Shown here: positions 16,539 to 26,459 of the stretch, piece by piece
Layout of the letters: each line of letters starts with the position of its first letter
Position numbering within the stretch: the first letter of the stretch is position 1
Origin: an uncultured virus (IMG/VR IMGVR_UViG_3300037963_004868)
Lineage: Duplodnaviria; Heunggongvirae; Uroviricota; Caudoviricetes
Direction: 5' to 3' (one strand)
IMG/VR virus record: IMGVR_UViG_3300037963_004868
Length of the DNA stretch: 64,000 bases
Notes under the pieces: generated by a model
What the model saw: the letters and a program-made list of their open reading frames with translations, nothing else
Told to the model about the DNA's origin: nothing
The model's database searches: none
Position numbers and translations under genes: made by a program

Positions 16539-18254
16539 TTAATCACATACTTTCTTAGAGAATCCTTTAATCTTGTCAAACTTGATTGTACTCTCAAACT
16601 TATCCTGCAAGTCCGTCTTATGAGAGATCACAAAAATGTTTGCATCTTTAATTACATAACGAATAATCTTAAGGAACTCATCAGTTCCAAACCCATCAAG
16701 AGAAGAGTCAAAGACTTCATCCATAATCAGCAGGTTGGTATTTACAGAGTTTTTGACACGCGCTACTTCACGCCAAGTGAAGAGAAGGGCAAGGTCGATT
16801 CTCATCTTTTCACCTTCGCTAAAGGAACTATACGAAAAATCTTCGTGTATAGGGGACTTCACAGTTTCTTTGAATTCTTCGTCAAGATGGAAGTTGATAT
16901 AAAAATCCATCATCTGAAGATAGCGATTAACCTGCTGGTTAATGAACGGAAGATACTTTTTAATAATCTTCGTTTTTACACCATCATCCTTAAGTAAGGA
17001 ATAGGCAAAATCGTGATGAACAATTTCTTGTTTTTTATCTGATAAGTATTCAATTGTCTGTTGGAGATTGGATTTAAATTCGTCTAACTTTTCATGTTCA
17101 GAATTTCGGTTTGCAAGGTTCTCGGTAATTGTTTGAATTTCATATTCAAGATCTCGGATTTGTCGTTGATTTCCACTAACCCGAGTATTATTTTGAGAAA
17201 TGCCATGCGTTAGATTCGTAATCTCCTGCGAAAGTGAATTAAATTGACGTTCTCTTTCTTGTTCAAACTTAATGGTCGATTCCAACTCATCGAAACCTTC
17301 CTTTAGTTCTTTTGCCGTATTTTGAACGTCATCAATTTTATTTAACCGGAACGACTCTTCTATATCCTGGGTACAAGTAGGGCATACCGTATTTTCAACA
17401 AAGAATTTATGTTCTTTAGTAACTGCAGATACTTTTGCAGACAATTTACCACGAAGTGTGTTTAGTTTTGATAACTTTTGTCTAGCACCTGCAACATCTT
17501 CTTGCTTCTTTGTAGTGTTTTCTAAATTTTCTTGAAGTTTAGTATTTTCTTTAATATACTTATCAACCTCGTTCATAAGTTTTGTAATCTTAGTATTATT
17601 TCCTTCAATATTCTGTTTACCGCGATTTTCTAACTCATCAATGAAGTTTTGTTGCATCTTCATTTTATCTTTGAGAGTTTCTTTCTTCAGATCCATAGAT
17701 TTAACCTGATCTTTCTGAGTTCTCAACTTATCTTTGAGAATGTTATTCATCAGAGAAAAGATACGGATATCCAGCAAGTCTTCAATGACTTCACGGCGAT
17801 TTGCACATGTTAACTGCATGAAAGGTACAAAAGTGCTGCTACCCAGAATAACAATCTGAGTAAATGACTTATAGTTTACTTTAAGAATATTATCTTCTAG
17901 AACACGTTGCATTGCACGGTCATCTGCTTCACGATGCAACTCAACTCCATTTACAACGATGTCAAACACATTAGGTTTTATACCCCGTCTAACAATATAC
18001 TGGCGAGTATTAATTTCAAACTCAATCTCTACCAAACAATCTCTCTCATTTTGAGAATTGACTAGTTGAGGTTTATTGATCTTACGAAAAGGTTTATTAA
18101 ACAGAACAAAAGTTAGTGCATCCAGCATTGTGGATTTACCTGCACCATTTGTTCCGATAATCAAATTGGTATTACTTTCTTGAAAATCAATCTCAGTAAA
18201 TTGATTGCCCGTAGAAAGAAAATTTTTCCACCTAATTTTTTGGAAAGTTATCAT
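16539..18254 (-). CDS. gp46: Recombination endonuclease ATPase subunit (Rad50/SbcC-like)
   Basis: GTNGAGKS, CPTC zinc hook, FSEGE signature, LLIMDEVFDSSLD. Confidence 0.97.
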   Translation of the reverse strand: MITFQKIRWKNFLSTGNQFTEIDFQESNTNLIIGTNGAGKSTMLDALTFVLFNKPFRKINKPQLVNSQNERDCLVEIEFEINTRQYIVRRGIKPNVFDIVVNGVELHREADDRAMQRVLEDNILKVNYKSFTQIVILGSSTFVPFMQLTCANRREVIEDLLDIRIFSLMNNILKDKLRTQKDQVKSMDLKKETLKDKMKMQQNFIDELENRGKQNIEGNNTKITKLMNEVDKYIKENTKLQENLENTTKKQEDVAGARQKLSKLNTLRGKLSAKVSAVTKEHKFFVENTVCPTCTQDIEESFRLNKIDDVQNTAKELKEGFDELESTIKFEQERERQFNSLSQEITNLTHGISQNNTRVSGNQRQIRDLEYEIQTITENLANRNSEHEKLDEFKSNLQQTIEYLSDKKQEIVHHDFAYSLLKDDGVKTKIIKKYLPFINQQVNRYLQMMDFYINFHLDEEFKETVKSPIHEDFSYSSFSEGEKMRIDLALLFTWREVARVKNSVNTNLLIMDEVFDSSLDGFGTDEFLKIIRYVIKDANIFVISHKTDLQDKFESTIKFDKIKGFSKKVCD

Positions 18255-18762
18255 GATTAAAATAATTAAAATTCAGAACAATTCTTCTTTTTTTATTAGT
18301 ACAACTAGTTCCAGTATGTTTGAGTGAAGAATCAAAAGTAATCATCCTATTTGCAATACTTTCTATTATATCACCATTTTCAAACTCAGTAAATCCATTA
18401 TTAGTATTCATATAAAAAATAGATGTTTTACAACCAGGTAATTTAACATCAGTATGAAATCCATATTTAAAAATAGAATTCATTCTAATTGTAGAATTTG
18501 CCTTTGCCTTTACAATATGCTTCATATTCAAAGCATCAATAAAAGCTTGTATATTCACATTACTAACGGGTTTATTAAAATTATAAAGTGGGTGAATATA
18601 TTGAAAATCATCTAACTCATTAAGTTCACTACCATATTTCATTCCCTTTTTAGTTTTAAATTCGTTCCAATACCATACAAATTTGCTAGAAAAGAAAAAA
18701 TCTGATATATCTAAAAATAAATCTTTTGGGAGAAAATTATCAATAATTTTAATATTCTTCAT
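18232..18762 (-). CDS. 2OG-Fe(II) oxygenase
   Basis: IIDNFL start, HTD (HxD), distal H in LKHTG, RIVLNFN. Confidence 0.85.
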   Translation of the reverse strand: MKNIKIIDNFLPKDLFLDISDFFFSSKFVWYWNEFKTKKGMKYGSELNELDDFQYIHPLYNFNKPVSNVNIQAFIDALNMKHIVKAKANSTIRMNSIFKYGFHTDVKLPGCKTSIFYMNTNNGFTEFENGDIIESIANRMITFDSSLKHTGTSCTNKKRRIVLNFNYFNHDNFPKN

Positions 18763-19015
18763 TCTTAGGTGGAATTACAATGTCATTCGGTGTAACTACA
18801 GCATACTTATAATTATATCGTTTACATGTGAGAATAGCAAGTGCATCATCAACCTCCACAACATCCATCTCTGCATCTTCATCTTCTTCTAAATGCATTG
18901 CATAACGCTCAGCATCATCTTCTTCCTCAAATAAAAAAAGCACCTTCTCACCATATCGATTTTGTACGGCATAAGCACCGTCCTCTTTACTATCTCTTAG
19001 GGTAAGAAGAAACAT
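18749..19015 (-). CDS. Small acidic conserved protein (likely start MFLLTL at 19015)
   Basis: Coupled to gp47 stop; LFLFEEEDDAERYA. Confidence 0.7.
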   Translation of the reverse strand: MFLLTLRDSKEDGAYAVQNRYGEKVLFLFEEEDDAERYAMHLEEDEDAEMDVVEVDDALAILTCKRYNYKYAVVTPNDIVIPPKNEEY

Positions 19016-20055
19016 TATTCCACCTCGCAAGCTTGTGAATAGACTTTCTGAAGGATTCCTTTAATAATTGTTTTATCACAATCAAATTCTGCTTCTTCAA
19101 TGTAACGATTCAAAATTGAAATTGTATTTTCACTTTCTTCAACTTCAAAGTCTTCATTTTCTTGAATTACAAAGTTTTCTACAATTTTTAAATCTTGAAT
19201 ACCACAGGAATGTAATTTATCTATAAATTTTTCAAACTTCTTAGGTTCGGTTTTCTTCTTAACAATGACTTTTACAATTTTACCTTCATATTCAGTAGTA
19301 TCAAATACTTGGTAAGGAGTATCTTCATAATATACGTTATAGAACATTCGATATGGATTATTGATAGGAGTATGTTCTAGAGTGTCCGTATCAAAGATAT
19401 TAAATCCTCGGGGATCATTTACATCATTCCAAAACATCTCATAAGGATTGCCTAGGTAGAAGATTTTTCCGTTGTCGCTCCGTGTATGGTAGTGTCCTGA
19501 AAACACTTTGTCGAACTTCTCAAATACGTCGCACGCCATACCTTCTTCCATGACGTGTCCGCGATGCGCTCTAAATCCGTTGAGCTCAAGGTGCCCCATC
19601 GCACATATGCTATCAGAAACTTTGATAGCGTTGACAGAATCCTGATAGTTTTCCGCATTGATCCATGGAATAAACAGTACATTAAGTTTATCTAACACAA
19701 CCTCAGTGCATTCTGAGTAAACTTCAACATTCTTATATTGTTTAAGCAACAAATCTACAGAATTAATGGAGTTCGTATCTTTATAGTATGCAGTGTGATT
19801 GCCAACAATGGTGTGAACGGTCACACCCATCTTTTCTAGTTTATCGTAATAATTTTCTTTTGCCCATTCCAAAGACCATAAATCGATACTTCGACGATTG
19901 TCAAAGGTATCTCCCATATCCACAACAGTGGTAATATTGTGTTCTTTCAAATATGGAAAAAATACGTCATCATAAAACTTTTTAAAGTATTCATGAAGGA
20001 ACTTGGAACCCTTACGAGCGCCAAAGTGTTGATCAGTAATAATTGCAATCTTCAT
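19015..20055 (-). CDS. gp47: Recombination endonuclease nuclease subunit (Mre11/SbcD-like)
   Basis: TDQHFG, GDTFD, GNH, SGHYH phosphoesterase motifs. Confidence 0.97.
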   Translation of the reverse strand: MKIAIITDQHFGARKGSKFLHEYFKKFYDDVFFPYLKEHNITTVVDMGDTFDNRRSIDLWSLEWAKENYYDKLEKMGVTVHTIVGNHTAYYKDTNSINSVDLLLKQYKNVEVYSECTEVVLDKLNVLFIPWINAENYQDSVNAIKVSDSICAMGHLELNGFRAHRGHVMEEGMACDVFEKFDKVFSGHYHTRSDNGKIFYLGNPYEMFWNDVNDPRGFNIFDTDTLEHTPINNPYRMFYNVYYEDTPYQVFDTTEYEGKIVKVIVKKKTEPKKFEKFIDKLHSCGIQDLKIVENFVIQENEDFEVEESENTISILNRYIEEAEFDCDKTIIKGILQKVYSQACEVE

Positions 20056-20573
20056 TGACGATTCGTCTTATAGGCAATGTTATCCTTAATGCTATTATAG
20101 TCCGAACTACTGCTAGAAAGCAAGCTATCATCAACCATCATAACTTCATCGTAACCAGTGCGTTCGATAATTTTAGTTTTGATTTCCAGTTGCTTCTTCT
20201 CTTTCTGAATTCGACGTAGAAAGGCGTAGTGAATAATCTGCGTGAAGTAAGCAAAAGGATTTTTAGATTTCTCAGGGTCGAAGTTATGAATATACTGAAC
20301 ACAGTTTTCAATACCATCAGAGATCATATCATCCCTAAACATATAATTCACAAAGTTTGGTTTATATGACAAGTGCGTTGCAATCTTTAGAAAACATTCA
20401 CCCAAGTAATTACTGATTGGTGGTTTTCCTTCCCAACGCTGCGATCTGTCTGCCTTGGTGGGTTCTCTACCGTTGATACTAAAGAAACTTTCTTCTACTT
20501 TAGAACGATAAACAATCAGTGCTTCAAGCAACTCCTTGTTATTAACATAATGTTCCGATTTCTTTTTTGACAT
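20052..20573 (-). CDS. gp55: Late-transcription sigma factor
   Basis: HYVNNKELL, DMISDGIENC, NPFAYFTQI. Confidence 0.96.
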   Translation of the reverse strand: MSKKKSEHYVNNKELLEALIVYRSKVEESFFSINGREPTKADRSQRWEGKPPISNYLGECFLKIATHLSYKPNFVNYMFRDDMISDGIENCVQYIHNFDPEKSKNPFAYFTQIIHYAFLRRIQKEKKQLEIKTKIIERTGYDEVMMVDDSLLSSSSSDYNSIKDNIAYKTNRQ

Positions 20574-20608
20574 AACATTATAATTTTAGATAAACTTTTA
20601 TTATATAC

Positions 20609-20636
20609 ATTATAGCATACTATCAGGGCTTGACAA
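20609..20636 (-). promoter_or_regulatory. Sigma70-type promoter for gp55 (TTGTCA-N16-TATAAT)
   Basis: -10 at 20609-20614, -35-like at 20631-20636. Confidence 0.55.
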
Positions 20637-20658
20637 CATGCTGAGTAATAAGTAGAAT
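20630..20658 (+). promoter_or_regulatory. Plus-strand (antisense) sigma70 promoter TTGACA-N17-TAGAAT
   Basis: TTGACA 20630-20635, TAGAAT 20653-20658. Confidence 0.65.
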
Positions 20659-20690
20659 ACCTTTGTTAGGTTTGAAGAGACAGCTATAGC

Positions 20691-21098
20691 TTAATTTTCT
20701 TTATTATCTTTAAGTTTGTAGAGATTCTCTAGCATCTGTCTAGCATCATCTACTGTAGAGACATACCCCATATCATTAGATATTTTTGTTTTACCATCTT
20801 CATCCCAATCACAATCATCTTCATTAATATATCTATCGTAAAACTCTATTATCTTAGATTCTTTTACTTCAGTCATAGTAACAATCTTATCGTATTTAAT
20901 TACATAAAGATCATCGGTAGAGATTTCCATCCATGGTTTTACTTTGACGTATTGACCAGTTTGATTCTTCATCACTTTCATAATCACTGGGTTCATCAGT
21001 AGAATTATTGGATCACCATCATTTTCCTCTACACTAACTAGTGCAAATACTTCTTCTCCTGTAACTAGTTTTAATACTGCATGGAATTCTTCGCCCAT
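20691..21098 (-). CDS. Conserved protein, Sm-like pattern
   Basis: VLKLVTGEEVFAL...LLMNPV...VKPWM. Confidence 0.7.
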   Translation of the reverse strand: MGEEFHAVLKLVTGEEVFALVSVEENDGDPIILLMNPVIMKVMKNQTGQYVKVKPWMEISTDDLYVIKYDKIVTMTEVKESKIIEFYDRYINEDDCDWDEDGKTKISNDMGYVSTVDDARQMLENLYKLKDNKEN

Positions 21099-21099
21099 A

Positions 21100-22563
21100 T
21101 TAATTTTTTAATGGAATGTTTACAATGTCGTAATTGAAGTTCTCCTCGTTATAAACTTTGATTCTTTCAATTAAATGATTAAGTGTATAGTTTCTCCGTG
21201 CCTTGTAGGAAATGTCGTCAGCAATGTCATAGAGAGTTGCCTTTGTCTTGTTATTGCCTTTTCTGAGCACACGACCAATAGATTGGAGATTCCGTATTCT
21301 AGATTTGGATGGAGAAGCAAAAATAACATTATGGAGGTTCTTAATATTGATACCTGTACTAAATGTTCCGTATGAAGCAATAATAATCGCGTTGTTTTCT
21401 TGCTCTGTAATCTCCCTTACTTTTTCTCTGTCTTCCGTTGCCACACCACCGTGGACGAAGAATACATGGCGTTCTTCTACACTACCGTTATTTATTAAAT
21501 CGTAAAGTGGTTGCCCATGTCCTTCTACTCTGGCAAATAGAATAAGAGTATTGCCTTTCAGATCGAGTGCCAGATTACGAATGAACTTGTTACGCTTTTC
21601 ATGATTAATAATATATTGAACTTCATCCTCAAAAGTTTCAAACTTATGTGCAGGGTGTTTCAATAGAAGAACGTTAATATCTAACTTAGCAACATGACCC
21701 TTCTTCATCAGTTCTTCTGTTCTGATGATTTTATAAGATGGACCAAATAATCCTTCCAGCACCCATTTATGAGTTTGAGTTCCATCAAGTGTTCCAGTGA
21801 AACCGTAACGGAATTTTGCATCTCCAAGTTTTGTCATTATAGATATTAATGACTTGGATTTAAACTGGTGTGCCTCATCCCCAACAACTACGCTAAAGCG
21901 AGCAAAATATTTTCGGGGGAGTTTATAGATGGACTGCCAGGTAGTGATGATAACTTGGGAATCAGTTTCCCTCTCCCTACCAGCGTATATCTTGTGACAA
22001 TATGAACCTACGTCCCAGCCATAGTCTGCAAAATCTTTATACATCTGCTCTACTAAGGAAGTCGTCGGAACAACTATCAGAGTATTTTGTCCGCGCTCAA
22101 CGTGATATCTCACAAGAGAATATATCATCAGAGACTTTCCAGAAGCAGTTGGGCTTATCAACAACCTTCTATTATGTCTTAGAGCGTCGTATACCCCTTC
22201 AATTTGGTAATCTCTAGGGGCATACTTACTAACAGCAGTCATATAGTCTTTCACACCTTCCTTGGAGATCATTTCATTGACTTCGAAAGGAAGACCATAA
22301 AACTTGTTCTCCACGAACTCATAAGTGTATCCGTGATCCTTACAGAACTGTATAACCTTATCTAACAACCCAACGTATATCTCTCCATTCTGAGTGTTAA
22401 ACAGGCGAATTTTTCCATCCCAGTACTTATTACGATACTGAGGCATAAATTTGGCACCTGGAACCTCAAACGTAAACTGGTCCGCCAGTTCATAATATAC
22501 ATGAGGATCCGCTTTAATCTGAAGAAAAACTTCGTTCTTCTTCGATATAATCAAGTGAGACAT
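21100..22563 (-). CDS. uvsW: SF2 DNA helicase UvsW
   Basis: PRDYQ, SPTASGKS, DEAH, QSIGRVLR. Confidence 0.96.
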   Translation of the reverse strand: MSHLIISKKNEVFLQIKADPHVYYELADQFTFEVPGAKFMPQYRNKYWDGKIRLFNTQNGEIYVGLLDKVIQFCKDHGYTYEFVENKFYGLPFEVNEMISKEGVKDYMTAVSKYAPRDYQIEGVYDALRHNRRLLISPTASGKSLMIYSLVRYHVERGQNTLIVVPTTSLVEQMYKDFADYGWDVGSYCHKIYAGRERETDSQVIITTWQSIYKLPRKYFARFSVVVGDEAHQFKSKSLISIMTKLGDAKFRYGFTGTLDGTQTHKWVLEGLFGPSYKIIRTEELMKKGHVAKLDINVLLLKHPAHKFETFEDEVQYIINHEKRNKFIRNLALDLKGNTLILFARVEGHGQPLYDLINNGSVEERHVFFVHGGVATEDREKVREITEQENNAIIIASYGTFSTGINIKNLHNVIFASPSKSRIRNLQSIGRVLRKGNNKTKATLYDIADDISYKARRNYTLNHLIERIKVYNEENFNYDIVNIPLKN

Positions 22564-22586
22564 AATTCACAGGATTCACCTATGAA

Positions 22587-22594
22587 TATTTATT
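22587..22594 (-). promoter_or_regulatory. Late promoter-like AATAAATA upstream of uvsW
   Basis: Near-consensus site about 24 nt upstream of the uvsW ATG. Confidence 0.55.
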
Positions 22595-22814
22595 AAGGCA
22601 TCTTGAACTTATATTCTAAGACAACTCTATATAAAAAATTTTTCAAGTTCTCAAGTCTTTTTTGTTCATCTGGATGACCACCTGGCCAGTTCTCCCAACG
22701 ATACTTTACAGATTCGTATAGTGCATACAAGTCTTCAGCACCAAATTGTAGTTCAATGTAGGGAAGATTCTCATCAAAATTATCATCTTGATAAATCCAA
22801 TCGTCGTCGTCCAT
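22593..22814 (-). CDS. Small hypothetical protein (start revised to ATG 22814)
   Basis: TAATG coupling with uvsY stop; WPGGHPDEQ. Confidence 0.65.
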   Translation of the reverse strand: MDDDDWIYQDDNFDENLPYIELQFGAEDLYALYESVKYRWENWPGGHPDEQKRLENLKNFLYRVVLEYKFKMP

Positions 22815-23242
22815 TAGAATCCTGCTTGGAACTTCTGCCATTCAATAGCATTCTTAATCTGAAAAGTTCTATTAGCAACCGTTTTAATGATTTCCTCTAG
22901 AAACTTCAGAGTGGTATCATAATATCGTATCTTCATATCAATCTTATTTAACCTCTCATCAGCATCTAGATAACGCTGTATGGCATCCTTTTCCCTCACT
23001 TTATATGGAAATGGTTCTTCCTCATATACGGATGGTTCTGCCTTACCTGTGTAAAAGTTATGTCTTTCTAACTTTACTTTATTATATTGTTCTCTTGCTT
23101 TTTCTCGCAACAAAGTAATAGTATTGTACAAAGTATAATACTTAGAGTGAAGTTGTGGAATCTTTAGAGATTCATCATGCAGATTATCAGGATCTATGAC
23201 AGCATCTTTCCGCCACATCTCCTGAATTTTGTCAAGATCCAT
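22814..23242 (-). CDS. uvsY: Recombination mediator UvsY
   Basis: ESLKIPQLHSKY, RTFQIKNAIEWQKFQAG. Confidence 0.93.
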   Translation of the reverse strand: MDLDKIQEMWRKDAVIDPDNLHDESLKIPQLHSKYYTLYNTITLLREKAREQYNKVKLERHNFYTGKAEPSVYEEEPFPYKVREKDAIQRYLDADERLNKIDMKIRYYDTTLKFLEEIIKTVANRTFQIKNAIEWQKFQAGF

Positions 23243-23802
23243 TAAACAGAAGAAATCAGTTGATATACAGTATACTTGAAAGATACCTGTGCTGTAAAGT
23301 AATTCACATCAGTTGATGTTGCATCAAAGTCAAGTGAACTGAGAGACACTGGAAACAAATCTAAGAATTTTACCTTAGCAACCTCATTAAAGTTACTATT
23401 TAAAATACGCAATGTGCCGTCAGCAAACTGCTCATTCATTTCTCTAACACCATCTTTATCTGTAGTTAGAGTTTTGAATTGTTGTGTAGTTTCTGGAAAA
23501 CCAAGACCAGTAATCCAATCATGAACTATTTTATAGTTCTCCATATTCTCATCAACTAAAAACTGAAGAGTTAAATCTCCAAATGTTAATTTAGTCTCTG
23601 GAACATCAATATCTTTCAAATATGATGGTTGAGTTGCTGTTGCTAATCGTACCTCTGGAATCTTAGCAGTGTTACAGAAAAAATCAACCTTAGGATATTT
23701 TCCAAGATTAAATTTAAATCCAATACCAGAAAGAAAATTTCTATTGTTAAGTTGAGTTGGCCAACTACAATTATTACTAGATGATGATGAACTATATGAC
23801 AT
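23242..23802 (-). CDS. gp3: Tail tube terminator/completion protein
   Basis: LQFLVDENMENYKIVHDWI, DLFPVSLSSLDF; upstream of uvsY. Confidence 0.88.
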   Translation of the reverse strand: MSYSSSSSSNNCSWPTQLNNRNFLSGIGFKFNLGKYPKVDFFCNTAKIPEVRLATATQPSYLKDIDVPETKLTFGDLTLQFLVDENMENYKIVHDWITGLGFPETTQQFKTLTTDKDGVREMNEQFADGTLRILNSNFNEVAKVKFLDLFPVSLSSLDFDATSTDVNYFTAQVSFKYTVYQLISSV

Positions 23803-23833
23803 CAGTCTTCATAAGTTTTATTTGTATTTAGAT

Positions 23834-23859
23834 AAAAAAAGAGGGTCCGAAGACCCTCT
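23834..23859 (-). terminator. Rho-independent terminator after major capsid gene
   Basis: AGAGGGTC-TTCG-GACCCTCT plus T run; followed by CTAAATA late-promoter-like site at 23825-23831. Confidence 0.9.
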
Positions 23860-23881
23860 GAAGAAGATATGTGAGAAAGAA

Positions 23882-25276
23882 TCACATGAGGTTTGCGACC
23901 TTGACTCTTCTGTAGTAGCGGTTGGAGTTGACGGTAAGTGCGCCACCGCCTGCTGTTGTTCCTTCTGCGAATGGGTTCGCGACGATGCCGTAGCGAGTCT
24001 TGAATCCAATCTTTGGTTGGAAGGTGTCCTGACCGACGGCACGAACCATCTGGAGGGGGACATATGGGCAGTAGAAGAGACCTGCGTCGTAAGGGGAAGA
24101 ACCCTTATAACCTGCAACGTAGTACTGGGAACCAGTGCTGTTAGGCAGGTTTGCAGAATAAGGATCGATGTATACACGATACTTACCTTGTAGCACACCA
24201 GCGAAGGTGTTGCCAGTGTCATCAACATTGAGACCAGCGTTGAGGGCAGGGGTGTAGTCGAGTACGCCTGCCATGGTCAGTGCGGAAGCAACGTCTGCGG
24301 AACACAGAATCATGTTGCCCTTTCCTCTACGAGTGCGCTGTGCAATTGCGTTAGCGTCACGCTCGATTTGGAAGATAAGACCCTTGAACTTCTCAACACT
24401 CCAACGTCCGTTGGAATCGGTGTCGAGGTCGAAAGTACCACCGTTAGCAACGTTCTGTTGAGCACCAGACTCAGCAACACGATAGATGGTACGGATGACT
24501 TCACGGTTGATTTCGGCAAGAATCTCAGTGGAGAGAATGTTTGCCAATTCTGCTTCGGCATTCAGACCGTGAATTGCCTTGAGGTCTTGTGCCAGTTCCA
24601 GTGAGTACTCAGCTTTCAGTGCTCTGGACTTCGCAGTAACGGTGACCTTCTCGATCGAGAATGCCATTTCGTTGAAAGCACTTCCAGTCTCTCCCAGACC
24701 TTCAGCATCGTCTGTACGCATACCCTGACCAACAGAGTATGTGGAACCAGTTTGACCAGATTCTGGATTGAGGAGACCAGGGTTAGAACCAGTTTGACCA
24801 GTGGTACCCATACCGACGGAACCATTGGTGAATCCGTTAGTTCTATCGAAGTCGGTATCCTGACCGGAGAATGCGGTATCTGCTTCGTTGAACAGTGCCT
24901 CGTCGCCAGTCATTCCGCTGAAGCGGGAACGCATTGCGAAGATAAGTCCAGTAGGACCAGACATTGGTTGAACGCCTGCGAGGTCATATGCGACCAAGTT
25001 AGGCATTGCGCGTCTAATCAAGGAGATCAGAACAGGATCGAAACCAGCAACTGGGGAGGAAGCACCAGCAGAGAAACCTGCATTAGCGCCAGAGTTGGTG
25101 GAAACGGTAGGTGCTTCGGAAAGGAATGCTCTTTCTTCAGCAAGAGTTTGTTCCTGGTTTTCCAGGAGGACTGCGGTAACAGCTCTGCGGTGGGAATCCT
25201 TAATCGGATCCATTCCCTCATAGTCGAGAATGGGTGCCCACTTTTCCTGCAGAGCCTCAGTATTAGGCATTTGCAT
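23882..25276 (-). CDS. gp23: Major capsid protein
   Basis: EKWAPIL, GVQPMSGPTGLIFAMR, SRALKAEYSLELAQDLKAIHGL, FQPKIGFKTRYG. Confidence 0.98.
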   Translation of the reverse strand: MQMPNTEALQEKWAPILDYEGMDPIKDSHRRAVTAVLLENQEQTLAEERAFLSEAPTVSTNSGANAGFSAGASSPVAGFDPVLISLIRRAMPNLVAYDLAGVQPMSGPTGLIFAMRSRFSGMTGDEALFNEADTAFSGQDTDFDRTNGFTNGSVGMGTTGQTGSNPGLLNPESGQTGSTYSVGQGMRTDDAEGLGETGSAFNEMAFSIEKVTVTAKSRALKAEYSLELAQDLKAIHGLNAEAELANILSTEILAEINREVIRTIYRVAESGAQQNVANGGTFDLDTDSNGRWSVEKFKGLIFQIERDANAIAQRTRRGKGNMILCSADVASALTMAGVLDYTPALNAGLNVDDTGNTFAGVLQGKYRVYIDPYSANLPNSTGSQYYVAGYKGSSPYDAGLFYCPYVPLQMVRAVGQDTFQPKIGFKTRYGIVANPFAEGTTAGGGALTVNSNRYYRRVKVANLM

Positions 25277-25316
25277 TTTTTTTGAAAAGTTAGTTTGAAC
25301 GTTTATGATTTAAAAA

Positions 25317-26411
25317 TCACTTTTTAGCAGCTCTAGAGAGAGTTTGCAGATAGGCTTGCATCATTGGGGATACTTCCTCGGAAATAACCTCATCGGTAGA
25401 AACCTCTTCTGAAAGATTCTCGGAGGTGCTTGGAGTTCCGACATTCTCAGGGAAATAAGAATTTCTCAGAGTTGCCAGTTTCTCACGATAGTCTGTCTCA
25501 CTTTCAAACTCAACTTTTTCTACGAGAGAAGCAAGTTTGTCCTTTTGTGAAAGTGCAAGACCTTCAGTTACCTCTGAAAAAACTGCATCAGCGGTGGACT
25601 CTGCTAATCTCTTATTCAGAGCAACGTTATTAGCGATTTGCTCGTTGAGTTTAGACTCCATTTCATCTAGTTTATCTACCATGCTCTCAAGAACATCATA
25701 TTTGTCTTCAGGGATAGTTACATAATGATCTTCAAAAAGTGCCTTCATTCCGTCAAGGAACGATTCGGTCACTTCAGACTTAAGACCTGCTTCAACTGCA
25801 AGTGCATTCTCTTGGAACCACTCATCAGCAACGTACTCCAGATAGGAGTCAAGTCTTTCAGTCAGTTCTTCTTTGATTGCAACAACTTCTTCAACAAGTG
25901 CTTCTTGATATGCTTCGGTCAGAGACTCTTGCATCTCAGCAACTTTTGAAGTAACTGCTGCTTCAAAAATGGTGCGTGCTTTGTCTTGGAATTCTTCGGA
26001 GAGTTCTTCACCCTCAAACAGTGCTTGAACATCTGCTTCGATGTCAATACCTTCTTCCTCAACAAGTTCTTCTTCGGTTTCTTCCGCTTCGGCAACAACT
26101 TCTTCAGCTGCTACTTCCTCTTCGGAAACAACCTCTTCTTCGGTCGCTTCTGCTTCGGAAACTACTTCCTGGTCCTCATCGACCTCAACCTCTTCCGCCT
26201 TAGCGGCTCTGGAATTAACAACATCCTTGACTTGTGCAAGGGTACCAGCAGGATCCTTCAGCTTATTGCTGTCGTCATCTGGTCTTGAATTTTCAGGAGT
26301 AGGACCGCCGAGATCTTCAACTGGAATGCCAGCAGCATTCATTGGTTCGGCAGGTGCAGCCCCTTTGGTTACTACGTTTTCCATTTCTTGTAAATTGTTA
26401 CCAACGGACAT
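25317..26411 (-). CDS. gp22: Prohead core scaffold protein
   Basis: Highly acidic; FQDKARTIFEAAV, DSYLEYVADEW; between gp21 and gp23. Confidence 0.95.
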   Translation of the reverse strand: MSVGNNLQEMENVVTKGAAPAEPMNAAGIPVEDLGGPTPENSRPDDDSNKLKDPAGTLAQVKDVVNSRAAKAEEVEVDEDQEVVSEAEATEEEVVSEEEVAAEEVVAEAEETEEELVEEEGIDIEADVQALFEGEELSEEFQDKARTIFEAAVTSKVAEMQESLTEAYQEALVEEVVAIKEELTERLDSYLEYVADEWFQENALAVEAGLKSEVTESFLDGMKALFEDHYVTIPEDKYDVLESMVDKLDEMESKLNEQIANNVALNKRLAESTADAVFSEVTEGLALSQKDKLASLVEKVEFESETDYREKLATLRNSYFPENVGTPSTSENLSEEVSTDEVISEEVSPMMQAYLQTLSRAAKK

Positions 26412-26449
26412 GTGAATATGTACTTAATGTTTGATTAATTACATGTATT

Positions 26450-26457
26450 TATTTATA
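26450..26457 (-). promoter_or_regulatory. Late promoter TATAAATA upstream of gp22
   Basis: Exact consensus. Confidence 0.8.
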
Positions 26458-26459
26458 AA

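Noticed and set aside
23818..24228. 136-aa alternate-frame minus-strand ORF overlapping the gp23 3' end (possible frameshift extension)
   Set aside because: No obvious slippery site, product lacks features, and it runs through the strong terminator.
24273..26415. Several plus-strand ORFs up to 177 aa over gp23/gp22 (similar ones over cobS, cobT, gp18, gp7)
   Set aside because: Antisense shadows of strongly codon-biased minus-strand genes; no recognisable motifs.
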